A DNA stretch of 64,000 nt from Planctomycetota bacterium (lineage in GTDB: Bacteria > Planctomycetota > UBA1135 > UBA2386). Location: contig OZ245006.1 in assembly GCA_965223545.1 (NCBI GenBank), positions 4,896,001 to 4,960,000 on the forward strand. The letters are read 5' to 3'. The position numbers and the translations under genes are program-made. Positions 27,885 to 37,630 of the stretch are shown here, in pieces. Every line of letters begins with the position of its first letter. The stretch's first letter is position 1. The notes beneath the pieces are model-generated. The model was not told where the DNA came from. It was given only the letters and a program-made list of their open reading frames with translations, and did not search any database.

Positions 27885-29563
27885 TGAACGACAACTCTCT
27901 CGAAGCGGTTCTCGGCGCCCTGTTGCGCGTCGATGATCGCGCGCTCGACCGCCTGGCGCGGCGAGTGTCGCGGGCGCGTCGCCGGTGGTGGTGGCGGTGG
28001 GGTGGGGCTGCGGCGCTCGCGCTGATCGCCGCCACCGTCTGGTGGGGTGGATTCGGTGCCGGTGCGACCGATCGGGATGGGGCGTGGGTGTTGGACTTGC
28101 AGCGGCGGGACGACGGGACCGCGCGTGACTACGACGAGCCGCCGCCCTTTGGAGATGCTGCCGCCCGGGCCGATTGGTTGTTGTGGGGGACGGTGGTGTC
28201 GGTCTCCACCGACGCGGTTGCGTTCGAAGTGCATGAGGTGCTGGTCGGGCCGGCGGTGGATCCCGTCGTGCGGCTCTCGCGGGCGTTCGACGAGATGGTC
28301 GTCTCTTGCCGGCATGATCTGACGTGGCAGCCGGGCGAGGATCTGGTGCTGGCCCTGTTCCGCGATCCCGACGACGGCGTCGTCAAGGTCAGCGAGGGCG
28401 GCAGTGGACAGGGGCGGCTTCCCCTGCTGGGGGTCGCGACCATGGACGACTTGCGCGTGGCGTTGCGCGACGGAGTGCTGCCCGCGTCGCGGTTGGCGGC
28501 GCACGTGCGGGCGCATGGTCCCGGTGCAATCGTCGCACTGCGGACTGCGTTGGGTGGCCTCCTGCAGAGGGGCGTTGACGCGCAAGCGCCTGCGGTGCAG
28601 CAGGCGTTGGTGGACGCGTTGCAAGGTGGTCAGTCCGCGCCGGCGACCGAGGGGGCGCGGCGGGCGCGTCGCGCGGCATTGCGGGAACTCACGGAGGAGC
28701 GATTGGCCGCGTTGCCGGCCGAGCTGCGCGCGGCGATGCTCGAAGACGATCTGCAGCTGGCAATCGCGGCCACCTCGCCGCACACGCTGGTCGCGCTGCT
28801 ACGGCCGTACGCACTGGCCGGCGAGGTCGGGGCGTTCGAGCCGCTGCGGGCGTGTGCGCGCGAGGTCGACGCTGCTTCCCGCGCCAAGCCCGACGCCTAT
28901 GGCTATCGCATGCTGCTCGTCGAGCTGCTTGACCTGCTGTGGCGCTTCGATGTCGAGATGGCGCAGAGGTTGTCATGGGACCTCTACGCGCGCAGCCCGG
29001 CGCGCGGTCAGGCCGACGCCGGCGAGGTGCTCGCGGTGCCGCTGCGGCACGGCGATCCCCGCGCCCTGGCGGAGCTGCTGGAACGCAGCGAGGCGGCCGT
29101 CGATGCCGGCGAGGTCGTCTGGCTCGATCTGCTGGTCACCCGCACCGAGCCCGAGGCCGTGGCCGTGCTGCGCCGCGCGTTCGCCGACCCGCGCGCGAAC
29201 CTGATCTTCAACCGCTACGACCACTCGCCGACGCGGGCCCTGCAAGCGCTCGGCGCCGCCGCGGCACGCCGCCTCCTCGCCCCGGTGCGCGATCTGTTGG
29301 TCGAGCGGCTGCGCGACGCCGAGCTCGACACGGTGAGCTACCGGGATTGGTTCGAGCTGTACCGGTTGGGGTTCGACGATATCACCCCGTTTGCCGCGGC
29401 CCTGGCGGCGCAGCTGCGCCGCGTCGAGCGGCCCGCTCTGCACGAGTTGTCCCTGGTGCGGGGGGTGGAAGACGCGCTCCAGCATCGGGCGCTCGAGTTC
29501 GCTCACCCGACCGCGCCCGAGCTGCAGCGCGCGGCGGCCCGGCTGGCGTCGATGTTGGAATGA
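27881..29563 (+). CDS. Putative membrane-anchored anti-sigma factor with a large extracytoplasmic helical domain
   Basis: ATGA overlap with the ECF gene. Short cytoplasmic N-terminus, Arg-rich stretch, one TM (WWWRWGGAAALALIAATVWW), then about 500 aa. Confidence 0.6.
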   Translation: MMNDNSLEAVLGALLRVDDRALDRLARRVSRARRRWWWRWGGAAALALIAATVWWGGFGAGATDRDGAWVLDLQRRDDGTARDYDEPPPFGDAAARADWLLWGTVVSVSTDAVAFEVHEVLVGPAVDPVVRLSRAFDEMVVSCRHDLTWQPGEDLVLALFRDPDDGVVKVSEGGSGQGRLPLLGVATMDDLRVALRDGVLPASRLAAHVRAHGPGAIVALRTALGGLLQRGVDAQAPAVQQALVDALQGGQSAPATEGARRARRAALRELTEERLAALPAELRAAMLEDDLQLAIAATSPHTLVALLRPYALAGEVGAFEPLRACAREVDAASRAKPDAYGYRMLLVELLDLLWRFDVEMAQRLSWDLYARSPARGQADAGEVLAVPLRHGDPRALAELLERSEAAVDAGEVVWLDLLVTRTEPEAVAVLRRAFADPRANLIFNRYDHSPTRALQALGAAAARRLLAPVRDLLVERLRDAELDTVSYRDWFELYRLGFDDITPFAAALAAQLRRVERPALHELSLVRGVEDALQHRALEFAHPTAPELQRAAARLASMLE

Positions 29564-29568
29564 TGGCC

Positions 29569-30399
29569 TCAGCGGCCCCGCATCTTGCCGACGATCTCCT
29601 TGACCAGTTTGCCCGCGACCATCGCCGTCATGTCGTGGTGGTCGCGGCGCGGGTTGAGCTCGACGACGTCGGCGCCCATGGGGGCCACCGGTAGCCACTG
29701 GATGATGTCGAGCAGGGCCCGCGTGCTGAAGCCGCCGGGCTCGTGGTGGGACACGCCGGGAGCGTACGCCGGATCCAGAGCGTCGAGGTCGATCGACAGG
29801 TACAGAGGTGGCTGGAGTCGCAGCTGGGACAGCGTGCGTGGCGTCCAGTGGCGCATCTCGAACATCTCCACGCCGAATCGTTCCGCCTGCGCGCGTTGGT
29901 GTGGGTTGACCGTGCGGATGCCGAGCTGGACCAGGCGATCGCAACAATCGGCCTCCATGATGCGGGCGAACGGACACGCGTGCGACTCGCGGTCGCCGTC
30001 GAGTTCGTCGTACAGGTCGGGGTGGGCGTCGATGTGCAGGATCGTCAGTCCTCTCCTCGACGATGCGATGCCGCGCACGACTGGCCAAGTGATCGCGTGA
30101 TCACCCCCCAAGATCAGCGGCTTGGCGCTGCGCTCCAGCACCGCTTCGATCGCGCCCGTGATCCTCGCGTCCGCCGCGGTCGAGACGTCGACGTCGCCGC
30201 AGTCGACCAGCCGTCGATCCACGGCGAGATCGACCCCCGCCTCCGTGCACAGGTTGGCAGCCCCGCAGTGCAAGACCTGCCGGATGCGCGCCGGCGCCTC
30301 GGCCGGCCCGCGCATGAACGACGAATGCTCATCCCAGGGGATCCCCAGCAGCGCCAAATCACCGGCGCGCAAGGAGTCAATCGAGCGTGGTTCGATCAT
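29569..30399 (-). CDS. speB: Agmatinase (ureohydrolase family)
   Basis: LGIPWD, GGDHAI, HIDAHPDLY, SHACPF, YLSIDLDALDPAYAPG, ADVVELNP. Confidence 0.88.
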   Translation of the reverse strand: MIEPRSIDSLRAGDLALLGIPWDEHSSFMRGPAEAPARIRQVLHCGAANLCTEAGVDLAVDRRLVDCGDVDVSTAADARITGAIEAVLERSAKPLILGGDHAITWPVVRGIASSRRGLTILHIDAHPDLYDELDGDRESHACPFARIMEADCCDRLVQLGIRTVNPHQRAQAERFGVEMFEMRHWTPRTLSQLRLQPPLYLSIDLDALDPAYAPGVSHHEPGGFSTRALLDIIQWLPVAPMGADVVELNPRRDHHDMTAMVAGKLVKEIVGKMRGR

Positions 30400-30504
30400 C
30401 GCACAGTACTCAGGATCGCGGCTGCCTACACCACCGGTGGAAGGTTCCCGCATATAATGAAACGACGCATCTCAGGCTGTCGCCTCTCGATTTGATGGGG
30501 ATGG

Positions 30505-33444
30505 ATGTCGTCTCACCTCTGCAGGGTTCTTGGTTTTGTGCTGTTGCTGTCCGTCGTTTCTGCGCAGCAACCATCGGTTTTGCTCGATGTGAACGCAACG
30601 CCGCTTCCCAACCCCGGCTCCGCCGCTCGTGATTTTGCCAGCAGGCGGCCGCTGACTCTGTTCAGTGCCGCCTCGCCGGCGGGACGCGAGCTGATGGGGA
30701 CGTTCGGCACGGCGGGTTCGTCCTTTTTGGTGAAGGACATCCGGAGCGGGTTGGTGCAAACTTCTTCCGACCCGCAGTCGGTCACGGCGACCGACGCCGA
30801 CTGGTTCTTTACGGCTGATGATGGCGTCTACGGCCGTGAGCTCTGGGCCAGCGACGGGACTGCCGGGGAGACTCGGATGGTCGTCGACCTCGGGCCTGGT
30901 GACAGCCTTGCGGGGGCGGAGCTCGTCGCGTTCGGTCGCCGCGTGTTTTTCGTCGCGCCCGATCCGGCGTTGCCGGCGGCGGGGAGTCGGTTGTGGATCT
31001 CGGACGGCACCGCTGTCGGTACTGGCGTGGTCGCTGCTCTGCCGGCTGAAGTTGCGCGTCCCGTGATTGTCGGAGGCTTTGCTGTGTGCACGATCGGCCA
31101 GGGCAGCAGCCAAGAGCTGTGGCGCACCGACGGCTCCGCAGTCGGCACGCAGCGGATCGCCGGACTCCCGCGCAGGTCCTCCATCAGCAGGCTGGGGCCG
31201 GCCCTTGGCGGATTCGTGTACTTCGCCCACGAATCCGCGAATCTGGAGCCGGAGCTGTGGCGCACGGATGGGACCATCGCGGGGACACAGCGAGTCATGG
31301 GGTTCGGTCCCGCGGTGGGCGCCCTTCAGGTTGTGGCCTCCGGAAACCGGCTGTTCTGCTTGGCCGGCACGCTTCTGTACGTCTCCGACGGCACGGCGAC
31401 GGGAACGGTGCTGGTCGGGTCCTACATCCGAGTGCACGTGCTCATCCCGTTCGGCAACGACCTCGTAATCGGCTCCGCATCGGGCACCCATTTCACCGAT
31501 GGCACGGCGGGAGGAAGCATCACCTTGTCGACTACGACCGCGTCGGCTGGCCTCGAGGTCGCGGGTCGCGTCGTGTTCGCAGCCGAAACACCGACCATCG
31601 GTTCCGAGCTGTGGGTCACCGACGGTACGCCCACGGGCACGGGGCTGCTGGCCGACATTTGGCCAGGATCGGAGTCGTCACTGCCGTCATCGGCGGAGTT
31701 CGCCCTCGATGGCAGCGGTCAACGTGCCCTGTTTGCCGCGGACAACGGCGTCGACGGTGAAGAGCTGTGGGCAACCGACGGGACCGCCAGCGGTACTCAC
31801 TTGGTCGACGACCTGTTGCCCAGGCCGCCTGGTTCGCTCGGCTCCAACCCACGTGACTTCACCGACCTGTACAGCGTCACTCTTTTTCGGGCGACGACCG
31901 CTGCCCATGGCGAAGAGCTTTGGCGCACCGACGGGACCGCGGCGGGCACCGCGATCGTCGCGGATATCGTGCCAGGGCCACGGGGATCGTCGCCGCTTGG
32001 CGCTTCGACTATGCAACGCGCGGGCGGCCTGGTTCTGTTCGCCGCAGGCGATCCCACGACCGGAACGGAGCCCTGGGTCACCGACGGATCGCCCGCGGGT
32101 ACTCGGCTCTTGCTCGACATCGAGCGGGGTTCTGGCAGCTCCTGGCCGAGCTCCGTCGCCGCGCTCGGCAACACCTTCGTGTTCGCCGCGACCGCGAGTG
32201 CGACAGGTACCGAACTGTGGTTCAGCGATGGGGCAGTCACGACCCTGGCCGACTTGTGGGTCGGGTCTCTGTCCTCCAACCCCGCGCACATCACGGCGGC
32301 CAGCGACTACGCCGTTTTCTCCGCTCGAACGCCGGGATCGGGGAGCGAGCTGTGGCGCACCGACGGCACGCCGGCTGGCACGCGGCTACTGGCCGACCTG
32401 CGCGCTGGCTCGAGCGGCTCCGGGCCGCATTCCATGATCCCGCTCGGTCATCGGGTGTTCTTCGCAACCTCCGCGCCGGCGGCGCTCTGGGTAACGGACG
32501 GGAGTACGCAGGGAACGCAGCTTTTGTCCGCGGGTGCACCGACGATGCTCGGAGCTCTCGATGATGCAGTGTTGTTCAGCCGCTGGGACAGCGCAACGGG
32601 CACCGAGCTGTGGCGATCCGACGGCACGCTGCAGGGAACTCGTCTCCTGCTCGACATAGAGCCCGGCCCGCTCTCCTCGTTCCCCGGTGTCGCTTGGGGC
32701 TTCCCGCCCTTTGCCGGAATGTCGGTTCGCGCGGGTAGTCGCGCCTATTTCTATGCCAACCAGGGCGCTGGCGGTCGCGAACTCTGGTCCACGGACGGTA
32801 CGGCGCGCGGGACCAGGCCGGTCGCCGACTTGGTCCCCTCGTTGGCACTCCGTCACTACGACGTCGCCGCGGTAGGTTCGCGCCACGTCGTGTTTCGCAC
32901 CCAATCTCCCGTCGGCCCGCAGGAGATCTGGTGGTCCGACGGCAGTGCGCAAGGAACTCGATTGCTGGGTTCGTTCTCCCGCGCAGGAGTCGACCTGGGC
33001 TTTGCCGGCGGCCAAGTCGTGTTCGCGGCCTCCGGGCCCAACGCACTCGGGAGTGAGCCCTGGGTTCTGGACCCCGGCGCGCTCGCGCGGAACTTGGGAG
33101 GCGGCTGCGGCGCGTGGCTTCGGGTGGACGACCCGGTTCTTGGCCAGACCGCCCAAGTACGTGGTGGCGCAGTTCCCGGCAGCGCTGGCGTGGTCTTGCT
33201 GTCGGCGCAAGTCCGACCAGTTTCGCTCCAACCGGCACCATGCACCCTGTTCCTGGGCGCGGCCTCCATGGCTGCCTTCGCCGCAGTGCAGGTGCCCCGT
33301 GGCGTATGGTCGACGTCCATGCGGATCCCCGCTACTCCGGCGCTCAACGGACTCCCGGTCGCGGTGCAAGCGGTCTTTGGCCCAGGCAGCAGCGGTCGCG
33401 GCGTGGGCCTCACCAATGGGGCGTGGTTGTGGCTCGGCCTCTGA
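30505..33444 (+). CDS. Secreted ELWxxDGT-repeat (beta-propeller) protein with the shared C-terminal domain
   Basis: Signal peptide, more than 10 ELW[RVAS][TS]DGT..GT repeats, C-terminus IPATPALNGLPVAVQ...LTNGAWLWLGL. Confidence 0.92.
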   Translation: MSSHLCRVLGFVLLLSVVSAQQPSVLLDVNATPLPNPGSAARDFASRRPLTLFSAASPAGRELMGTFGTAGSSFLVKDIRSGLVQTSSDPQSVTATDADWFFTADDGVYGRELWASDGTAGETRMVVDLGPGDSLAGAELVAFGRRVFFVAPDPALPAAGSRLWISDGTAVGTGVVAALPAEVARPVIVGGFAVCTIGQGSSQELWRTDGSAVGTQRIAGLPRRSSISRLGPALGGFVYFAHESANLEPELWRTDGTIAGTQRVMGFGPAVGALQVVASGNRLFCLAGTLLYVSDGTATGTVLVGSYIRVHVLIPFGNDLVIGSASGTHFTDGTAGGSITLSTTTASAGLEVAGRVVFAAETPTIGSELWVTDGTPTGTGLLADIWPGSESSLPSSAEFALDGSGQRALFAADNGVDGEELWATDGTASGTHLVDDLLPRPPGSLGSNPRDFTDLYSVTLFRATTAAHGEELWRTDGTAAGTAIVADIVPGPRGSSPLGASTMQRAGGLVLFAAGDPTTGTEPWVTDGSPAGTRLLLDIERGSGSSWPSSVAALGNTFVFAATASATGTELWFSDGAVTTLADLWVGSLSSNPAHITAASDYAVFSARTPGSGSELWRTDGTPAGTRLLADLRAGSSGSGPHSMIPLGHRVFFATSAPAALWVTDGSTQGTQLLSAGAPTMLGALDDAVLFSRWDSATGTELWRSDGTLQGTRLLLDIEPGPLSSFPGVAWGFPPFAGMSVRAGSRAYFYANQGAGGRELWSTDGTARGTRPVADLVPSLALRHYDVAAVGSRHVVFRTQSPVGPQEIWWSDGSAQGTRLLGSFSRAGVDLGFAGGQVVFAASGPNALGSEPWVLDPGALARNLGGGCGAWLRVDDPVLGQTAQVRGGAVPGSAGVVLLSAQVRPVSLQPAPCTLFLGAASMAAFAAVQVPRGVWSTSMRIPATPALNGLPVAVQAVFGPGSSGRGVGLTNGAWLWLGL

Positions 33445-33481
33445 CCCGCCTCTGACCCCGGGGTCAGGCTCGTCATTCTCG

Positions 33482-33650
33482 CTTCGCTCTCCGTCGCCGG
33501 AAAGCCAGGTCCGGACCCCAGCGGCAGGATGCGCTCCTCGATCCAAACTGGGTGGGCGTTGGAGAAGGCCACTGGCAGCGCGGTGCAGAGTGGCCGGGCA
33601 CTTCCCCGGAGCGAGTGACCTGGCCCGAGGGCGGCGAATACGGAGTGAAG
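33482..33650. ncRNA. Candidate structured RNA or MITE (about 170 nt, nested stems)
   Basis: Nested pairings: CTCCGT 33489-94/ACGGAG 33640-45, CGCCG/CGGCG, GCCAGGTC 33504-11/GACCTGGC 33617-24, CGCTCC/GGAGCG, plus internal hairpins. No family recognised. Confidence 0.35.
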
Positions 33651-33669
33651 ACAGCGTTTCTCTTCCACC

Positions 33670-35613
33670 ATGCACCGTCGCTCATTCCTAGCTCTGGTCA
33701 TTTCGTCCGCCGTGTTGGTTCCCGCCGCGCGCGCGCAAACCACCGATGTCGTCGGCACCGTGTCCGGCTGGGTCAACACCGATCTCTTGCCCACCGCGGC
33801 GCCGGTGCTGATCCCGCTTGCCGGAGTCGAAGTCCGCGTCGACGGAGGCGCGGTCAGTTACACCGATCCGAGCGGCGCTTTCCGCATACCGCACCCGAGT
33901 GCCGCCCCGGTGACGGTGCACGTGCGGCTGGCCGGCCGCCGCGTCGGGGCGATCGCGTCGGCGCAATCGGCGAGCTACGCGGCCGCGGTCGCGGCGACTC
34001 CCGGAGTGCCGGTCGCGGTCACCGTGTTTGGGCCGTCCGCCACCGGCTTCGAGTTGGCGCAGTCGACGTGCTACTGGGGTATCCACAGCGTGCACGAGTG
34101 GGTGCGCTCGGTGCTCGGCGACCTCCCCGAGTTGGATGTGCTCGACGCGGTGACGGCGATGGTCAACATCGGCGGCGTCTGCGGGGCCACTCACTTCGAG
34201 AACACGCTGCAGTTTCGCGTCGGCTCTGGCTGTGCCAACGCCGCCTACAGCACGGTGATCGCGCACGAATGGGGACACGCATTGGACCTCGCGTTCGGCG
34301 GCACCTCGCGCACTCAAGGTCTGTCGGAGGGCAGCGCCGACATCGTTGCCGCATTCTGGAGTGGTCAGCCGATCATCGGGCACGACTTCTCGGGCCCCGG
34401 GCAGCATGCCAGCACGGTGGCCAACAACGCGACCTACCCGCCGTCGGGGTCCACGCACCAGCAGGGGCAGGTCTGGAGCGGCTTCTGTTGGGACGTGCGC
34501 GAGGGCCTGCGCGCCGCGCTCGGCGCGGTGGCCGGGACGGCGCAGGCCGAGCGCATCGTGTTGGCGGCGATGGTGGCCAACGCCGACGACCAGCCGGCGG
34601 CCGTGCGGGCGGTGTTCGAAGCCGACGACGACGACGGCAACCTCGCCAACGGCACCCCGAACTACGCGGTGCTGGCGGCCGCGGCACAGAAGCGCAACTT
34701 GCCCTACCCCCTGCTCGGCGGAGCGATGCCCGGCAGCTTCGCCGGCTTCGGTGCCGGCTGTGCCGGCACTGGCACCGGAGATCCGCTGGTGCAGATCTGC
34801 CACGCTCCCAACCCGAGCGGCACGCTCGTTGGTCAGTTCGACGACCGGCAGTACGCCGTCGCGATCGATGTGCCGTTGCCGCAGTTTCTGTTGTTGACTG
34901 GCGTCGAGCTACAGACCGCCGCGGGAACGGGCGCGCCGCTGGTCATCTCGGTCGCCGTGCACCAGGACGCCGGTGGCGTCCCTGCGCCCTTTCCCGACCG
35001 GGTCGGCGCGGCGCGGGTCGGCACGACGGAGGGGCTGTACCAAGCGCGTTTCGAGCCACTCGCCGCTCCCGGTGGGCAGCGGCTGTGGGTCGTGTTCGGC
35101 GACGATCGCGTGCTGCGCCCCGAGCTCACCGCGGGGATCGCCGTGCCACATCGTTGGCGGCCGCTGGGCTCCACGACCTGGACCACGGGGTCTGCACCAT
35201 GGGCGGTGCAGGCGTCGTGCTACGAGTTCAACCAGCCGGGAGTGCCGCAGCTGACGACGATCGGCCTGCCCGAGCTCGGCCGCACCTTCGACATCGAGCT
35301 GTCGTTCGCTCAGCGCCGCGCGCCCGCGGTGTTGATGCTCGGCGGCTCCAACACCGTGTTCGGCCCGACCGCCTTGCCCTTCGACCTGACCGGTGCCGGT
35401 GCGCCTGGCTGCGCGGTCTTGGTCGCTCCGGAGCTCACTCTTTCGAGCCCCGCGTCCTCGACCGGGACGGCACGCCAAGCGATCGCGGTACCCGCCGTCT
35501 CGTCGCTGGCGGGACTCTCGTTCTTCGCGCAGTGGCTCGTCACCGACCCGGGCGCCAACCCCCTCGGCGTCGCCCTGTCGAACGCCGGCACCGCAATCAT
35601 CGGCTGGCCGTAG
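33670..35613 (+). CDS. Secreted M4/M36-like zinc metallopeptidase with the shared C-terminal domain
   Basis: Signal peptide, TVIAHEWGH...GLSEGSAD gluzincin motif, ADDDDGNLANGTPN, C-terminus VPAVSSLAGLSFFAQW...NPLGVALSNAGTAIIG. Confidence 0.85.
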   Translation: MHRRSFLALVISSAVLVPAARAQTTDVVGTVSGWVNTDLLPTAAPVLIPLAGVEVRVDGGAVSYTDPSGAFRIPHPSAAPVTVHVRLAGRRVGAIASAQSASYAAAVAATPGVPVAVTVFGPSATGFELAQSTCYWGIHSVHEWVRSVLGDLPELDVLDAVTAMVNIGGVCGATHFENTLQFRVGSGCANAAYSTVIAHEWGHALDLAFGGTSRTQGLSEGSADIVAAFWSGQPIIGHDFSGPGQHASTVANNATYPPSGSTHQQGQVWSGFCWDVREGLRAALGAVAGTAQAERIVLAAMVANADDQPAAVRAVFEADDDDGNLANGTPNYAVLAAAAQKRNLPYPLLGGAMPGSFAGFGAGCAGTGTGDPLVQICHAPNPSGTLVGQFDDRQYAVAIDVPLPQFLLLTGVELQTAAGTGAPLVISVAVHQDAGGVPAPFPDRVGAARVGTTEGLYQARFEPLAAPGGQRLWVVFGDDRVLRPELTAGIAVPHRWRPLGSTTWTTGSAPWAVQASCYEFNQPGVPQLTTIGLPELGRTFDIELSFAQRRAPAVLMLGGSNTVFGPTALPFDLTGAGAPGCAVLVAPELTLSSPASSTGTARQAIAVPAVSSLAGLSFFAQWLVTDPGANPLGVALSNAGTAIIGWP

Positions 35614-35693
35614 ACGTACGGTGTGGCTCGATTGGGTCTTCAGGGATTCGTGTGGGTTGCGACGCGCTCCCTCGACCGGAGGATCGCGAGCCA

Positions 35694-36167
35694 TCAAGCG
35701 TCTTCGACCGATGTTCGTGTCGCGACATCAATCGGGCTTGGCCCATTCCCGAGGATGTGCTTCAGCATGCGTCGAAGCTCGCGTACTTCGGCCTTCGACA
35801 ACCCGCGAAGGTAACGCTCGTTGATTCGCTTGTTCGCGTCGAGGAGCGCCTTCGCGACACGCCTTCCCGCCGGTGTCAAGCGGATCGTGAATGAGCGCCG
35901 ATCTTCAGGGTTCAGATCCCGCTTAGTGAGAGATTTCTCCGTCAGACGGTCCAGGGCTCGCGTGACCACGGACCGGTCAATCTCGCCATAGCGAGCGATG
36001 TCGGATGGAGTCTCTACGCCACCGGAGTGAAGCGATGCGAGCACTACCCACTCGGTGATCGTGACGCCATGTTCCCGGAGCTCGGCATCGAACTCTCGGC
36101 GCATCATCCCGAACACTTGTGCGAAGAGACGTCCTGTGGCGTCGTGCAGCGTGTAGTCAGACGGCAT
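35694..36167 (-). CDS. MarR family transcriptional regulator
   Basis: GVTITEWVVL, TPSDIA...IDRSVVTRALDRL, NPEDRRSFTIRLTPAGR. Confidence 0.92.
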   Translation of the reverse strand: MPSDYTLHDATGRLFAQVFGMMRREFDAELREHGVTITEWVVLASLHSGGVETPSDIARYGEIDRSVVTRALDRLTEKSLTKRDLNPEDRRSFTIRLTPAGRRVAKALLDANKRINERYLRGLSKAEVRELRRMLKHILGNGPSPIDVATRTSVEDA

Positions 36168-36257
36168 TGCGGGCTGTGGCTCCTGTTGAGCGCCAAGCAT
36201 CCATGCCCCTCTGTCGTGGTGTTCGAGTCACTTGGATCACCGGGGCTGCCCCTTTGG

Positions 36258-36851
36258 TCAGGACATCTTCGAGAGCTTCTCTTCACCGAGGATCTGGATG
36301 AGCGCCGTGCCGGCCTCTGAACTCCAGTCCTTGGCGAGCTCTGCGATCAGCGCGTTCGTGGTCGTCAGGTACACCCCACCCTGCTCCATCTGGCGGAACG
36401 CGATCTCGTCCGCCAGCTTCGTGGGCGAACCGGAAGCGTCGAGAACAGCCTTCACGCCGTAGCCCTCTTCGACCGCGCTGATCGCCGGCGGCGCCAAACA
36501 GACGTCCGTGGTTACGCCGGCCATGATGAAGTTCTTCCTGCCCGTCTTCTTGGCCGCACCAGAGAAGTCCGGGTCCTTCCAGCAGTTGACGGTTCCGCCA
36601 CGCTTGATCCTGGCCGCATACTCATCGGGCAGGATCTCCTGCAGCTGCGGCATGAGCGCGCCCTGCGGAGCGTCCTCCATGCTGCTCGTGAGCACCACGG
36701 GCATGCCGATCGCCTTGGCGGCCTTGGCAAGGATGATGGCGTTCATCTCCATCTCCTCGAGCGAGACGGAGCGCACCCAGCCCATCGTGCCGACCTGGTG
36801 GTCGATGAGGAGCATCGCGGAGTTGTCCGGAGTGAAGTCTTGTTGGGTCAT
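36258..36851 (-). CDS. Isochorismatase-family hydrolase (YcaC-like)
   Basis: AMLLIDHQVG, PVVLTSS, AGVTTDVC, VLDASG. Confidence 0.9.
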   Translation of the reverse strand: MTQQDFTPDNSAMLLIDHQVGTMGWVRSVSLEEMEMNAIILAKAAKAIGMPVVLTSSMEDAPQGALMPQLQEILPDEYAARIKRGGTVNCWKDPDFSGAAKKTGRKNFIMAGVTTDVCLAPPAISAVEEGYGVKAVLDASGSPTKLADEIAFRQMEQGGVYLTTTNALIAELAKDWSSEAGTALIQILGEEKLSKMS

Positions 36852-36883
36852 GGTGGTCCTTCCTGTGTTCGTTCGGGGGTTGA

Positions 36884-37630
36884 TCAGGTTGACTTGTGGG
36901 AGCGTTTGGATTCGGCCATGGAAAGGTCGAAGACGAGCAGCTCGGCGCCGGCTTCGGCCGCGATGGCAAGAGACTCTGCTTCAAGGGAAGCGAAGGCGTC
37001 GCCCTTTTGGAGAACCTCATCCTCGACGCGGGCCTCGCCTTCGATTGTGAAGACGTAGGCGCCGTTGTCCGGTGAACGCATGGGGTAGCGCAGCTTCTCG
37101 GCTTGTTCAAACAGCGCGTAGCTCAGCCAGACGTCCTGCTGGACGATCAAGCTCTCACCCTCACCGTCGGGCGACAAGATCAGGGCCAGACGGTTCGTGT
37201 AGGTTGCGGGGTCAAGCTGGCGTTTGGAGTACGCGGGATCGAGGCCGCGTTCCCGCGGCCTGAACCAGATCTGGAGGGCGTGCATCTCCTCGTCGGGCGA
37301 GTGGTTCTCTTCGTTGTGAACAATGCCCGTGCCCGCGGTGATGATCTGGACGCCCTTCGACCGGAGCGTTCCCGTGTGCGCCGGTTCGTTGGGGTCGATG
37401 TGCCTCACTTCGCCATCGACGAGGAAGGTCACGACCTCGACATCCTGGTGCGGGTGAAAGCCAAAGCCCTTCGCTCCGGGAGAGAGGACCGCGTCGTCGA
37501 TGGTGATCAGCGGTCCGAATCGTCGCCGGTCCGGAGCCAGGTGGGGCTTGAAGGACAGGAAGGCCGTCATGAAGCCGAAGTCTGCTTGCTGACGCGTCTG
37601 CGCTCGGTGGATGAAGGTGCTGTTCGCCAT
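36884..37630 (-). CDS. Pirin family protein (YhhW-like)
   Basis: FGPLITIDD, GFGFHPHQDVEVVT, VQIITAGTGIVHNEEN, LQIWF. GGAG-like RBS upstream of ATG 37630. Confidence 0.92.
   Translation of the reverse strand: MANSTFIHRAQTRQQADFGFMTAFLSFKPHLAPDRRRFGPLITIDDAVLSPGAKGFGFHPHQDVEVVTFLVDGEVRHIDPNEPAHTGTLRSKGVQIITAGTGIVHNEENHSPDEEMHALQIWFRPRERGLDPAYSKRQLDPATYTNRLALILSPDGEGESLIVQQDVWLSYALFEQAEKLRYPMRSPDNGAYVFTIEGEARVEDEVLQKGDAFASLEAESLAIAAEAGAELLVFDLSMAESKRSHKST

Noticed and set aside
30800..33070. Recurrent GAGCTGTGG...GACGG nucleotide repeats as a possible CRISPR or tandem array
   Set aside because: They are the coding ELWxxDGT repeats, in frame and degenerate at third positions. No cas genes are present.
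33504..33525. GCCAGGTCCGGA-CCCC-AGCGGC resembles the SRP (4.5S) RNA core CAGGUCCGGAAGGAAGCAGC
   Set aside because: The AGGA needed to close the tetraloop hairpin is CCCC, and the motif is not at the apex of the predicted fold.
33504..33624. CAGGT...GCCACTG...GACCTG pieces reminiscent of a cobalamin riboswitch
   Set aside because: The GGGAA-GGTG-AA-TCC core and B12 box are missing, and the downstream gene is not B12-related.
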